From an uncultured Actinomycetes bacterium (GTDB lineage: Bacteria; Actinomycetota; UBA4738; HRBIN12), in contig CAWEPH010000006.1 in assembly GCA_963810915.1 (NCBI GenBank), positions 939,030-1,003,029 of the forward strand: 64,000 nt of DNA, read 5' to 3'. The notes beneath the pieces are model-generated. The model had not been told where the DNA came from and searched no databases. It saw nothing but the letters and a program-made list of their open reading frames with translations. Both the position numbers and the translations under genes were made by a program. Each line of letters opens with the position of its first letter. The stretch's first letter is position 1. Below are positions 1-11,251 of the stretch, one piece after another.

Positions 1-28
1 CCAGCGGAACTGGGGACGTCGCGCGACG

Positions 29-445
29 ATGCCGTGGACGACGCTGGCCGACGCGTTCCGCCAGGCGGATCACCTCTTCTCCTACTGGATGGTGGACCTG
101 CTCGTCGTGGCGGTGGTGCTCGTGGCGGTGGTAGCCGGGGTGCGCATCCTGCGCGGCCCCTACTTCGTGTACGCCGGCCTGAGCGTGCTCGTGGAGCTGA
201 GCGCCCCGATGCCCGGTCGCGCGCTGATGTCGATGCCGCGCTTCGTGGCGGTGATCTTCCCCGTGTTCTGGGTGCTGGCCGTCGGCGTCGAACGTCGCAA
301 GCTCACCGAACCGCTGGTGGTGGGCACCTTCGCCGCAGGCTACGGCGTCCTCGGCCGTGCTCTTCATGAACTGGTGGCACATCTTCTGATGCGGTGCGCG
401 CGAGCGAGTAGGATGTGCCGAGCCACACCGACGGAGGACGCGTGA
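29..445 (+). CDS. C-terminal fragment of a polytopic membrane protein (5' end outside window)
   Basis: ORF continues from the window start. It is hydrophobic with several predicted TM segments. The stop at 443-445 overlaps the GTG start of the next gene (GTGA). Family not identified with confidence. Confidence 0.4.
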   Translation: MPWTTLADAFRQADHLFSYWMVDLLVVAVVLVAVVAGVRILRGPYFVYAGLSVLVELSAPMPGRALMSMPRFVAVIFPVFWVLAVGVERRKLTEPLVVGTFAAGYGVLGRALHELVAHLLMRCARASRMCRATPTEDA

Positions 446-1080
446 CGATCAGGGTTGCCATCGCCGACGACCATTCACTCGTCCGCCAAGGCCTGCGCCG
501 ATACCTGGACATGGCGGACGGGATCGAGGTGGTCGGCGAGGCATCCAACGGCGTCGAGCTGCTCGAGCTGGTGGGCACGGAAGAGCCCGACATCGCGCTC
601 GTGGACATCCGGATGCCGGAGATGGACGGCCTCGAGGCGGCCCGGGAGCTCCGCGACAAGCACCCGAAGATCGGCGTGATCATGCTCACCGCGTACGACG
701 ACCGGCAGTTCGTGGTGGAGGCCGTGCGCAGCGGGGCCCGCGGCTACGTGTTGAAGGCCCGCGACGCCGAGCACCTGATCCAGACCGTGCGCCTCGTGGC
801 GGGCGGCAACATGGTCATCGACCCCCAGCTCGTGGTTGCGCTCGCCGAGGAGCTGTCCACCGCGAAGGAGCGCGACCGCAAGGCCGAGACCCTCACCGCC
901 CGGGAGATCGAGGTGCTGCAGCTCCTCGCCTTCGGTCACACCAACCGGGACATCGCCGAGCGTCTCTACATCTCGCCGGACACCGTGAAGACCCACCTCG
1001 AGCACATCTTCGAGAAGCTCGGCGCCTCAGACCGCACCGCGGCCGTCGCCGAAGCGCTCCGCAGACGCCTGATCGAGTAG
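442..1080 (+). CDS. NarL/LuxR-family two-component response regulator
   Basis: N-terminal receiver domain (IADDH, DIALVDIRMPEMDG, K in VIMLTAYDD) and C-terminal LuxR-type HTH (TAREIEVLQLLAFGHTNRDIAERLYISPDTVKTHLEHIF). Intact 213-221 aa reading frame. Confidence 0.85.
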   Translation: MTIRVAIADDHSLVRQGLRRYLDMADGIEVVGEASNGVELLELVGTEEPDIALVDIRMPEMDGLEAARELRDKHPKIGVIMLTAYDDRQFVVEAVRSGARGYVLKARDAEHLIQTVRLVAGGNMVIDPQLVVALAEELSTAKERDRKAETLTAREIEVLQLLAFGHTNRDIAERLYISPDTVKTHLEHIFEKLGASDRTAAVAEALRRRLIE

Positions 1081-1179
1081 GTCCCCCGCCGTTCGCCGGC
1101 GGTCCGAACGGCCCCTCCGTGGGCCGGACGGGGGTTACTCCTTCGGGCCCGCGAGTTCCCTCCGACGGGTGATGGAGCG

Positions 1180-3327
1180 ATGAGCCACAACCCGCCATCA
1201 TGGGTGGACATGAGCGAGGCCTCCCGCGTCGGCCGTTCCCGGGGAACGGCGATCCTCCTCGCCATCGTCGCGGTCGCGATGGTGGTGGTGTACGCGCTGG
1301 TCCCATCGGACACGCACGGGCGTTCGCTCGTCACCGAGGCCCTCGTCGCCGCGTCCTGCGTGATCGGCGCGATGGTGATCACACGCGCCGTCATCAACGG
1401 GGCATGGCGGGGTGCGATCTGGCTCGCCTGGACGCTCCTGGTGCTGGGCGCCGCGAGCGCCCTGTTCTTCGTGCTCGATGCCTCCGGCCGCGCGAACTAC
1501 CGGCCCGGACCGATCGATCTCTGCTTCCTGGTCCTGCTGATCCCGCTGCTGAAGCTGGCGGGCGCGGAGGCGCGTCTGCACTTCGCGCCGCGCCTGCGCA
1601 GGGAGCTCAGCGTCGACCTCGTGCTCATCACGGCCTCGCTCACGGTGATCGGATACCTGGCGATCCGGCCGCCCTTCGCAGACGCTCAGGCCTCCATCTC
1701 GTCCGCGATCTTCGCACTCCTCGCGGCAACACAGTTCGCGGTCTTCGGCGCGATCGCTCTCTGGGTCCCCACCCGTCCCCACCTCCTGCAGGCGCTCCTG
1801 TTCGCGATCACGGCCGCCATCACGGCGAGCTTCGGATGGCAGTGGCTGCACGGCACGTTCGCGGGGACGACCACGTGGGTCGACCTCACCCTGGCGCTGA
1901 TCCCCCTGGGGTTCGCCGCGATCACCGTCCTGGAGCCGTCGCACACGGAGGCGCCGCCCGCACGCCCGCACCGGTGGACCCGCCCGGTGCTCACGAGCCT
2001 GGCGGTCGCGACCGCCTGCGCGGCCCTGATCTTGGTCGCGCTCTACGACGGCACCCGAGGGATGCCCTCCGCCGAGTCCACCGCCCTGATCGCGCTGCTC
2101 GGCCTCGGCATCGCGGCACGCATCATCGCGAACCAGGTGGCGAGCACGCAGTCCCATCGGGACGTGGAGGCCGCGCTCGCCGACAAGGAGGCCGCGCTCG
2201 CCGAGGCCGACCACGCGCTCGAGCAGGTGCGCGAGGCGAACGAGACGCTGAGCGAGTCCGAGGAACACCTCCGCCTCGTGTTCGACGCCGCCACCGATGG
2301 CGTCGCGGAGCTCGACCAGCGCGGGGTGGTGCTCCGCGCCAACCAGGCGCTCTGCCGGATGATGGGGATGGATCGTGAGGCCGTCGAAGGTCAACCCTGG
2401 TCCGCGCTGGCCGCCTCGGTGAACGGCGCGGAGGACAGCTTCGCCTCGCTGCCGGGCGCGGGAGAGACGGTCGTGCGACGGACGGACGGGCAGCCGCTCT
2501 TCCTGGAGTCGCGCGTCTCGAAGATCCCCGGCACGGTCCCGCGCACGCTCATGTTGGTGCGCGACGTGACCGCCGCCCGCGTGGCCGACCGCACGATCCG
2601 CTCGCTCTTCCAGTTCCTCCAGGACCGCGACGAGGATCGCACGCGGCTGCTGCGGCGGACGAACGCGGCGATCGAGGCGGAGCGCAACCGGATCGCGCGC
2701 GACCTGCACGACGGGCCTGTCCAGGGCGTGAGCGCTGCGTCGCTGTCGCTGGAGGCGGCCCTGCTGATGATCAAGGCGGGCGACACCGATCGCGGGATGG
2801 AGGTGCTCGCCCGGATCCGCGAGGAGCTCACGTCCGAGGCGGACGCCCTCCGTCGCCTGATGTCGGGCCTGCGTCCACCCGTGCTCGAGGAGCGAGGGCT
2901 CGTCCCCGCCCTGCAGGAGATGGTGCTCCGCTTCGGCGACGAGCAGGCGATCCACACCGAATTCGCCGGGCGTCTGAGTGGCGATCTACCCGACGACCTC
3001 GAGACGCTCGCCTACCGGGTCGTACAGGAAGCGCTCTCCAACGCGGCGAAGCACGCCGACGCCGCCATGCTCACCGTGAGCGTCGAGTCCGACGGCACCC
3101 AGCTGCGCATCGAGGTCCAGGACGACGGCAGGGGGTTCGACGCGACGCAACGCGCGGGAGTACCTGCGCGAGGGTCGGGTGGGCCTGGCGTCGATGCGTG
3201 AGCGGGTCGAGCTCGCGAGCGGCACCTTCGTCGTGCGCTCCTCGCCCGGTCGCGGGACCACGATCCTGGCCACCTTGCCGGTCGGACACACCGGCGTCGG
3301 ATCGCGAGCTGACCGTCAAGGTCTAGG
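1180..3327 (+). CDS. Membrane sensor histidine kinase (multi-TM N-domain, PAS, HisKA_3 H-box DLHDGPVQ, HATPase_c); reading frame broken near 3145
   Basis: About 8 TM helices, a PAS-like segment (LRLVFDAATDGVAELDQRG) and a NarX/DesK-type H-box. The HATPase motif DDGRGFD is in frame 1 and stops at 3201. The expected G-box and C-terminus (GLASMRERVELASGTFVVRSSPGRGTTILATLPV) continue in the +1 frame. A 1-nt indel is therefore inferred in or near the ggggg run at ~3130-3150. The true stop is ambiguous and may need a second shift at ~3290-3327. Confidence 0.7.
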
Positions 3328-5570
3328 TCGCGCCAGCTCGGATCAGTGTCGAAGGAAGCGGACCCTGCGCGGGAGGTGGTCCGGCGCCCTCGCCTCTGCG
3401 GGAGCCGCCGGCCCCTTGGTCGGTGACGGCGAACCGGTCGGGGACCCCGAGCCCGACGGCGACGGCGACGCGCTCGGGGTCGGCGTGGCCGTGGGCGAGG
3501 GCGTCGGGGACGGCGTGGGGCTCGGGCGTCGGCGTGGGGCTGACCGAGGGCGCGGGCGAGTAGACCGGTGTCTGCGGCCCGAGGGAGCCCGTGAACGTGA
3601 TGCTCGGGAACGACTCGTACTTGTCGCCCTGCGTCGCCACCGTCATGTAGTCGTGCCAGATCTGCGCGGGGATCGTGCCGCCGTAGACCGAGGGCACGCC
3701 CATGATGTTCTCGAGCGGGATCTCGCCCTGCGGCCAGCCCACCCAGACACACGTGGCGAGCTGCACGGTGTAGCCGCAGAACCAGGCGTCCACGTTCTCG
3801 TTCGCGGTGCCGGTCTTGCCCGCCACCTCGCGCGCGCCGAGGCTCGCCGAGGTGCCGGTGCCCCCGATCACGACGTAGCGCAACGCGTAGCGTCACCTCG
3901 TTCGCGATGTTGGGTTCCACGACCTGCTTGCCCTTGGAGGCGACGTCGTCGATCGGGGAGCCGGCGCCGTTGTCCACCGAGACGAACGGCGTGGCCCAGT
4001 GCCGCATGCCGCTCGCCGCGAGCGTCGCGTACGCGTTCGTCATCTCGAGCGGGTTCACGGCGACGCTCCCGAGCGTGATCGAGCACGCGTCGGGGAGGTA
4101 GGACCTGATGCCGAGCCGGTGCGCGGCGTCGACGACCGGTTCCGGCGTGAGCTGCGCGATCACCTGCGCGAAGACGGTGTTCACGGAGTGCTCGGTGGCC
4201 TGCAGGAGCGTGAACGTGCCCGCCTCGCCGTCGCCGGCGTTCACGGGCGTCCACGGCCCGTCGGGCCCGTTGCAGATCGATTGCGGGATCGTGATCGAGG
4301 ACGGTCCCTGCCAGTACGAGTTCAGGGAATAGTCGTTCTCCAACGCCGCCGTGAGTGTGTACGCCTTGAACGCGGAGCCCGACTGGCGGCCCGAGCCTCC
4401 CCGCAGCGTGGCGAGGTTCAGCTTCGACTTGTTGAAGTCCCGGCCCCCCACCATCGCCAGGACCTCGCCGGTCTGCGGATCGATCGACACGACGGCGGCG
4501 GACGGGTTGTCCTTCGTGAACGGGAGATCCTTGCGGACCGCGGCCCAGGCCGCATGCTGCATCTGCGGGTCCAGGCTCGTGGTCACGTCGAGCCCGCCGC
4601 CGTACACCCTGGCGCTGCCGTAGCGATCGAAGAGCTCTTGGCGCGCGTAGTCGACGAAGTAGGCGGCGCCGTTCTTGGCCTGGATGTTGTCGCCGGCGTC
4701 GGGCACCGTCCCGCAGCATTTGTGCTCCTTCAGCGTCGCGGCCTTCGCCGCGTCGAGGTACCCGTAGCGCACCATCTGATCCAGGGAGTAGTCACGGCGG
4801 AACTTGTTGTCGTACGGGCTCGCGATGGGGTCGTAGAGCGACGGGGCGTGCAGGACCCCCGCGAGCGACGCGGACTCGAGCACGGTGAGCTCGCTCGCCG
4901 GCTTCCCGAAGTAGGTCTGGGCCGCGGCCTCCGCGCCGTAGGCCCCGTGGCCGAAGTACACGGTGTTGAGGTACTTCGCGAGGATCTGTTCCTTCGTGTA
5001 GGTCTGCTCCAGCTTGATCGCGAGCAAGCCCTCCCGGATCTTCTCCTTGATCGTGCGAGGAGGGATCACGTAGTCGGTGGTGCCGTCGGCGTTGCGCACG
5101 TACTGCCCGGCGTAGACGTTCTTCACCAGCTGCTCCGTGAGCGTGGATGCCCCCTGCACCGTCCCCCGCTTCACGAGGTCGGTCCAGGCCGCCCGGAAGA
5201 TGCCCTTGAGATCCACGCCGGGGTGGTTGTAGAAGCCGGCGTCCTCGGTGGCGATCACCGCGTGCTGCAGGTTGGGCGAGATCTTGTTGAGCGGCACGAT
5301 GGTCCGGTCCACCGCCCCGTGCAGGGACGCGAGCTGGTTGCCGTCGCGGTCGTAGAGGTACGAGGTGCGGATGGGTGGCAGGGCGCTCGGTAGCTCGATG
5401 CGCTCGTAGGCGACGAGCAGCGCCAGCATGCCCATCGCCACCATCACGAACGGCGCGAGCACGAACACCCACCAGAATCGACGGAAGAAGCCCCTCTTCG
5501 CCTTGGAGCTCTTGGCGGGGGCGTGCCTGGGGATGTGCCGTTTCTGCGGGAGTGGAACGTCGGTTGCCAC
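3323..5570 (-). CDS. ponA: Class A penicillin-binding protein (bifunctional transglycosylase/transpeptidase, PonA-like); frame broken by 7-bp insertion near 3885
   Basis: N-terminal TM anchor. GT51 transglycosylase motifs (EDAGFYNHPGVD, LTEQLVKN). Transpeptidase SxxK (SGSAFK), SxN, and KTG (GKTGTANE) in the downstream frame. The sequence gacgctACGCGTTgcgctacg contains a 7-bp insertion; deleting acgcgtt restores NEVTLRYVVIGGTG. Pro-rich C-terminal tail. Confidence 0.8.
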
Positions 5571-5710
5571 GAGATGCCGATTCTATCTGGGGAGCTGCGC
5601 TCGACGAGGTCCGGCATGCGGGTACCGGGGTGCTGCTTCCGTGGAGATTCGTTGCCGGGAAGCCGGTGGTTCGCTGACCGGTCGCTCGGGAGCGCGGCGG
5701 CGTGCGCGGA

Positions 5711-6127
5711 TCAGCCGGTGGCGGAGTCCTGGTGACGAGCCGTGAACGACTCCCGGAGGTGGTTCCACTGGCACTCGGTGCAGACCTCCACGACGTGACA
5801 CGTGGCCCCCAGATGCGCCGCTGCGAGCTTCAGCCCCGTCTCGATGCTCCACACGCGCCCGTTCTGCTCGCGGAGGTCGTCGCCGTATACGTAGGCGAGG
5901 AGCACGAGTTTGACCCTCCCGCAGACCGGGCAGTCGTTGCGCGTGGATTCCCCGACGTGGCGCGCGGCCCGGATCAGCTCGGGATGCGCGTCGCAGATGT
6001 CGGTGAGGCCCAGGACGCCGACCTGCGCGTCGCGCAGCAGCGCGCGCTTCGCGAGCGTGTAGTCGATGACGCCGAGCTCGGCCCGGCGGCTGCGACCCAG
6101 TGGGGTGCGCCTCAGCTGCTTCGCCAT
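5711..6127 (-). CDS. DUF5318-like conserved actinobacterial protein (Rv0049-like), immediately upstream of the PBP gene
   Basis: 138-aa ORF with Cys pairs (CPVCG ... CTEC). Its position upstream of ponA matches M. tuberculosis Rv0049-Rv0050 synteny. Family assignment is from memory of the family, not a search. Confidence 0.55.
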   Translation of the reverse strand: MAKQLRRTPLGRSRRAELGVIDYTLAKRALLRDAQVGVLGLTDICDAHPELIRAARHVGESTRNDCPVCGRVKLVLLAYVYGDDLREQNGRVWSIETGLKLAAAHLGATCHVVEVCTECQWNHLRESFTARHQDSATG

Positions 6128-6252
6128 GGTCGGAGCAGTGTACCCCTGGTGCCCGACGAAGGGACCCTCCTTCCGCCCTCCCCCGCCGCATCGGTCTACC
6201 CCGACGAGCGGGGTAGCCTGGGGCGTAGGAGCGTTCGATCGGGAGGTCGGAG

Positions 6253-6597
6253 ATGAGCGAGATCCGCGTCGTATCCTCGGCGGACCGGGACGGCTGGACC
6301 GAGATGGCGGATCCCCCCGGCGAGATCCCGTCCGCTTGGCGCGACCTCACGATCCTCGAGTCCGGGGGCGGCGCGTTCACGACCGGACTGTGGGAGCGCG
6401 AGCCCGACACGTGGCCTCTGGAGCGAACCTACGACGAGGTGGCGGTGATCCTGGAGGGTTCGGCAGACATCGAGACCGACGACGGCACGATGCTGCACGT
6501 AGGTCCGGGCGACGTCCTGGTGACCCCCAAGGGGTCCAGGGGCGTATGGCACGTGCGCGAGACCATCGTGAAGTTCTTCGCGATCTACGACGCGTGA
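6253..6597 (+). CDS. Cupin-domain protein (cupin_3/DUF861-like)
   Basis: 114-aa ORF with conserved cupin beta-barrel motifs (GxWEREPDTW..., HVGPGDVLVTPKGSRGVWHV). Confidence 0.6.
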   Translation: MSEIRVVSSADRDGWTEMADPPGEIPSAWRDLTILESGGGAFTTGLWEREPDTWPLERTYDEVAVILEGSADIETDDGTMLHVGPGDVLVTPKGSRGVWHVRETIVKFFAIYDA

Positions 6598-7091
6598 TCA
6601 CGGTGGACCCGTCGTCGCCGAACCCGTGGGGCTCCCTCGAGCCGGAGGGCGAAGAGCCTGGCGCACCGATGCCCCTGTACCCCGAGGTGGGCTCGTGGAG
6701 GACCCTCGGCCGCGGGCTCCGCAAGCGATGCCCGCGATGCGCATCGGGAGGCATCTTCTCGTCGTGGTTCACGTTGCGGGCGGCGTGCCCGCGATGCGAG
6801 CTCCGGTTCGAGAAGGAGGAGGGCGGCTACCTCGGCGCCATGGTGCTGAACTTCATCGTGGCGGTGGGGCTCTGGGTCGCACTGATGGCGATCTGGCTGG
6901 TCTTCACGGTGCCCGACGTGCCGGTGGCGCCGCTCTCCGTCGCGAGCTGCGTGCTGTTGATCGTGGTCCCCCTGATCTTCTATCCCAACTCCAAGGCGAT
7001 CTGGGCCGCGGTCGAGTTCCTGGTCCTGAAGACCGATCCGGACTACCGACCGCCGGTGCGGCGCGACCCCCGGGCGAAGGGCCTGGAGTAG
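6594..7091 (+). CDS. DUF983-family zinc-ribbon membrane protein
   Basis: CPRC...CPRC zinc ribbon followed by two TM helices. The GTG start overlaps the cupin stop. The upstream part of the long ORF 6066..7091 is antisense to other genes and was rejected. Confidence 0.55.
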   Translation: MITVDPSSPNPWGSLEPEGEEPGAPMPLYPEVGSWRTLGRGLRKRCPRCASGGIFSSWFTLRAACPRCELRFEKEEGGYLGAMVLNFIVAVGLWVALMAIWLVFTVPDVPVAPLSVASCVLLIVVPLIFYPNSKAIWAAVEFLVLKTDPDYRPPVRRDPRAKGLE

Positions 7092-7102
7092 CCGCTGGGC
7101 GA

Positions 7103-7493
7103 TCACGGCGGCGCAGCGCCGGGCGAGGCCACCGGCAGATCGACGACCGCGCGCGAGCGCGCCGTGATGAAACGATCTCCGGGGAGCAACAGCAGCGAGC
7201 CGACGGGAACACGCACATCGACGAGCACCTCCGTGCCTCCGGCGTCACAGGCACACGCCGTGAGGGTGCCGCCGTTGCGCTCCGCGTACTCGGTCGCCAC
7301 CTCCGACGGTTCCATGCCCGTGGAGAACGCCATGCTCCTCGGCGGCGGCGAGCGCGGCGGCGTCCGCCGCCTGCTCCGCGTGCGCGCGTGCCACGAGCGC
7401 GTGCCCGACGTCGGCCGCGCCCATCGTGATGACCACGAGCAGCGCGATCACCGCCGCCGTCACGACGGTCACCGAGCCCCGCTCCTCGCTCAA
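7103..7493 (-). CDS. TadE-like pilus-assembly protein of the actinobacterial helicase/secretion neighbourhood type (TIGR03816-like); apparent frameshift near 7330
   Basis: N-terminal VTVVTAAVIALLVVITMGAADVG...AADAAALAAA signature. The C-terminal NGGTLTACACDAGGTEVLVDVRVPV segment continues in another frame (ORF 7103..7333). Confidence 0.55.
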
Positions 7494-7885
7494 CCGAACT
7501 CCTGACGATCGGTCGAGGTGGCATGCATGGGCACGCTGCCGCCGAACAACCAGTCGATCAACGGCACGCGCACGGCGGAGACGTAGTCCACCGTCACCGT
7601 GACGGGGTCGCCACGGACGCCCGCTCTGCCCACTGAGAGCGAGAGCGCGGCCGGGTCGAGCGAGGGCGCGGCGGCAGCCGCGGCATCGCGGATCGCTGCC
7701 GCATCGTCCTGGAGGGCGGCGGCGCGCGCCCCGGCGCGCGCCGCCGACTCCACCAGCAGCCGGTCCCGGACCAGCAGCCCGACCTGGACGACGGCCAGCG
7801 TGATCACGAGGAGCAGCGGGAGCACGAGCGCGAACTCGACGGCGGCGGTTCCCCGCTCAGCGTCGATGCCGGTCCTACGCCGCAC
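7490..7885 (-). CDS. TadE-family pilus assembly protein
   Basis: N-terminal class-III-like signal/TM with the AAVEFALVLPLLLVITLAV motif typical of TadE/TadF. 4-nt overlap with the downstream gene. Confidence 0.7.
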   Translation of the reverse strand: MRRRTGIDAERGTAAVEFALVLPLLLVITLAVVQVGLLVRDRLLVESAARAGARAAALQDDAAAIRDAAAAAAPSLDPAALSLSVGRAGVRGDPVTVTVDYVSAVRVPLIDWLFGGSVPMHATSTDRQEFG

Positions 7886-8090
7886 CGGCGTTCCCGATCA
7901 CGTCGTCGATCACCTGGTCGAAGAACGCGGGCAGCTTCCCCGACGAGTGCGCCCACGCGATCAGCACGACGGCCACGGCGGCCGCCGCCAGGATCACGAG
8001 CGCGTACTCCGCCGTGGTCTGTCCCTCCTCGCGTCGAAGGAGCCCCAGCGCACGGAACCACAGGACGTGCACGAGCACCATCCGATCCAC
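7875..8090 (-). CDS. Flp-pilin-like / DUF4244 small membrane protein (Rv3656c-like)
   Basis: 71-aa ORF with G-TTAEYALVILAAAAVAVVLIAW, the Flp/DUF4244 hallmark (G/xxxxEY followed by a hydrophobic helix). Confidence 0.6.
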   Translation of the reverse strand: MDRMVLVHVLWFRALGLLRREEGQTTAEYALVILAAAAVAVVLIAWAHSSGKLPAFFDQVIDDVIGNAGAA

Positions 8091-8100
8091 CTCCTCTCGC

Positions 8101-8938
8101 TCAACGGATGGACTGCACGGTGGTGAGCAGCACGGGCACCACCGTCAGGAGGAGGAAGGCGGGGAGGACGAGGAACACGAGCGGGAAGAGCATCTTCACC
8201 GGGCGCGGTGCGGGCCCGCTCGGTGATCGCGGCGCGTCGGGTGGCACGAACCGTCGACGGCGAGCTCGGCCGTCGCTTCGGCCAAGGACGAACCCAACGA
8301 CTCCGTGCGGGTGACGGCCGCCACCGCTCGCGTGAAGTCGGGGAGTCCGAGCCGGCCTGCGAGCGCCCGCAGCTCGTCGCGCCAGCGGGCCCCCAGATCG
8401 ACGCTGTCGAGCGTGCGGCGTAGCTCGCCTGCGAGCGGACCCTGCAGGCCGTCGGTGGCTCGCCGCAGGGCGAGGGGTGCTGCGAGTCCCGCCGACGACC
8501 CGGCCGCGAGGAGGTCGAGGAGCTGCGGGATCTCGGCGTCGATCGCCGTCCGTCGTCGTCTGGCGGCCCGAGCCGCCACGAAGCAGCGGCAGCCTGAGGC
8601 CGACGAGACCGAGCACCGGCGCGATCAAGCGGACCCGGCCCGGGTACGAGGAGCCCGAGCAGGACGCCCGCCCCACCCGTCACCAGACGGAGGCCCGCGA
8701 ATCGCGCCGGGGTGAAGGTCCATCCGCTCGTCGCGAGCGCTGCGTCGGCGCGGGATCCGCGAAGCCGCCGGCCCACCCGAGTCCTGCCGAGCCTCGTCAA
8801 CGGATCGGCGGGAGCGACGCCCGCGTCATCGTGGGCAAGGGGAAGCCGTCGCAGGATGGGGACCGTCGAGGCGGTGCATACGGCCAGCGCACACGCAGCG
8901 GCCGCGCCGAAGGCGAGCAGCATGGTGACCTCCGTCAT
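8101..8938 (-). CDS. TadC-like type II secretion system F-domain membrane protein; reading frame broken at least twice
   Basis: Frame X (8938 down to ~8590) holds the N-terminal TM and an internal TM. Frame Y (8579..8196) holds the T2SSF core (IPQLLDLLAAGSSAGL...). Frame Z (down to 8101) holds the C-terminus (PVKMLFPLVFLVLPAFLLLTVVPVLL). Confidence 0.55.
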
Positions 8939-9758
8939 CGGACCTCGAGGAGGTGCCGGATCCAAAGGAACGCCAGCCCCTCCATCGCGAGGCCGACCGT
9001 CACGGCGGCGATGCCCGCGGGCGTGCGGAACGCGCCCTCGATGTCGCTGCGCGAAGTGAGCCAGAGGAAGCCGAAGAACCCGATGGGGAGGAACCCGAGG
9101 ATCGCGCCGGAGAGGCGTGCCTGAGCGGTGAGGGCTCGCACTTCCTGGGCGGCCGCCCGTCGTTCGCGCAGCGTGACACCCACCTGATCGAGGACCATCG
9201 GGAGATCGCCACCGCTTCGGCGATGCAGGTGCAGGACGCCCGCGAGGAGCCTCGCGTCGCCGGTTCCCAAGCGTCGTCGACCCAGCCGTCGAGCGCGTGC
9301 TCCAGCGGGACGCCGACCGCGAGCTCGTCCACCACCCGACGGATGCTCAAGCTCAACGGGGCGGGCGTCTCCTCGGCGGCGTATCCGATCGCCTGCGGGA
9401 GCGACCGGCCCGCCCGCAGTGCCGCGGACAGCGCCCCCACCGCGTCGGCGAGCTGCTCGTCTTCCGTCGCCGATCGCTTGGCAGCCCGCCGCCTGGTGAC
9501 GAGCCGACGCACGAAGAGGGCGGCGGCGGCTCCCAACGCGGCGCCGAGCGGCGCGACGAGCACCCATCCGACCACCGCGCCCGCGGCCACCCACGGGACC
9601 CAGGTCGGCACCGAACGCATCTGCAAGCCGGCACCGAGCGCCGCTACACCCTCGGGCCGGTGCACGCGTTCCAGCAGCGCCGCTCGCCGATGCGCCGCGC
9701 CAGCCCGGCCGCCGAGCCAGACGAGGAGGAACGCGAGGACCCCGACCAGCGCGATCAT
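8935..9758 (-). CDS. TadB-like type II secretion system F-family membrane protein; apparent 1-nt deletion near 9290
   Basis: The N-terminal part is in ORF 9000..9758 (MIALVGVLAFLLVWL...). The C-terminal part is in the frame of ORF 8935..9765 (GDLPMVLDQVGVTLRERRAAAQEVRALTAQARLSGAILGFLPIGFF). Inserting 1 nt at the junction restores the frame. Confidence 0.6.
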
Positions 9759-9761
9759 GCG

Positions 9762-11046
<1,285 letters not shown>

Positions 11047-11251
11047 CGCCGACCTCCGTCCGCGCCGAACCCACGTGTCATCAACGAGGGGAAGCTGCGA
11101 GGGGGAAGCGACGGTCGGTGTTCTGGTGACCGCCGAGGGGAAAGCGAACGATAGCGAGCCCGGCGCGTCGAACCCATCCCCAGCCCGACCGATTCCCGGT
11201 TCTTGTCGGGGGACGATGTCCGAACGTGTCGGGTGAGACGGCCGCGGTTCG

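Noticed and set aside
1198-2955. 585-aa ORF on the minus strand, plus the 392-aa ORF 1200..2378 on the plus strand
   Set aside because: Both are antisense or out-of-frame to the well-supported sensor kinase gene. They are Arg/Gly/Asp-rich low-complexity translations typical of spurious ORFs in >65% GC DNA.
3999-5393. 464-aa ORF on the plus strand (plus 3179..4078 and 3868..4719)
   Set aside because: They are antisense or alternate-frame to the PBP gene. Only the first ~40 codons of 3179..4078 (GLASMRERV...) are real, and those belong to the kinase C-terminus.
6066-6595. N-terminal 176 aa of the 341-aa ORF 6066..7091
   Set aside because: This part overlaps the DUF5318 gene antisense and the cupin gene in another frame. 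Only the part after the cupin stop (DUF983) has coding features.
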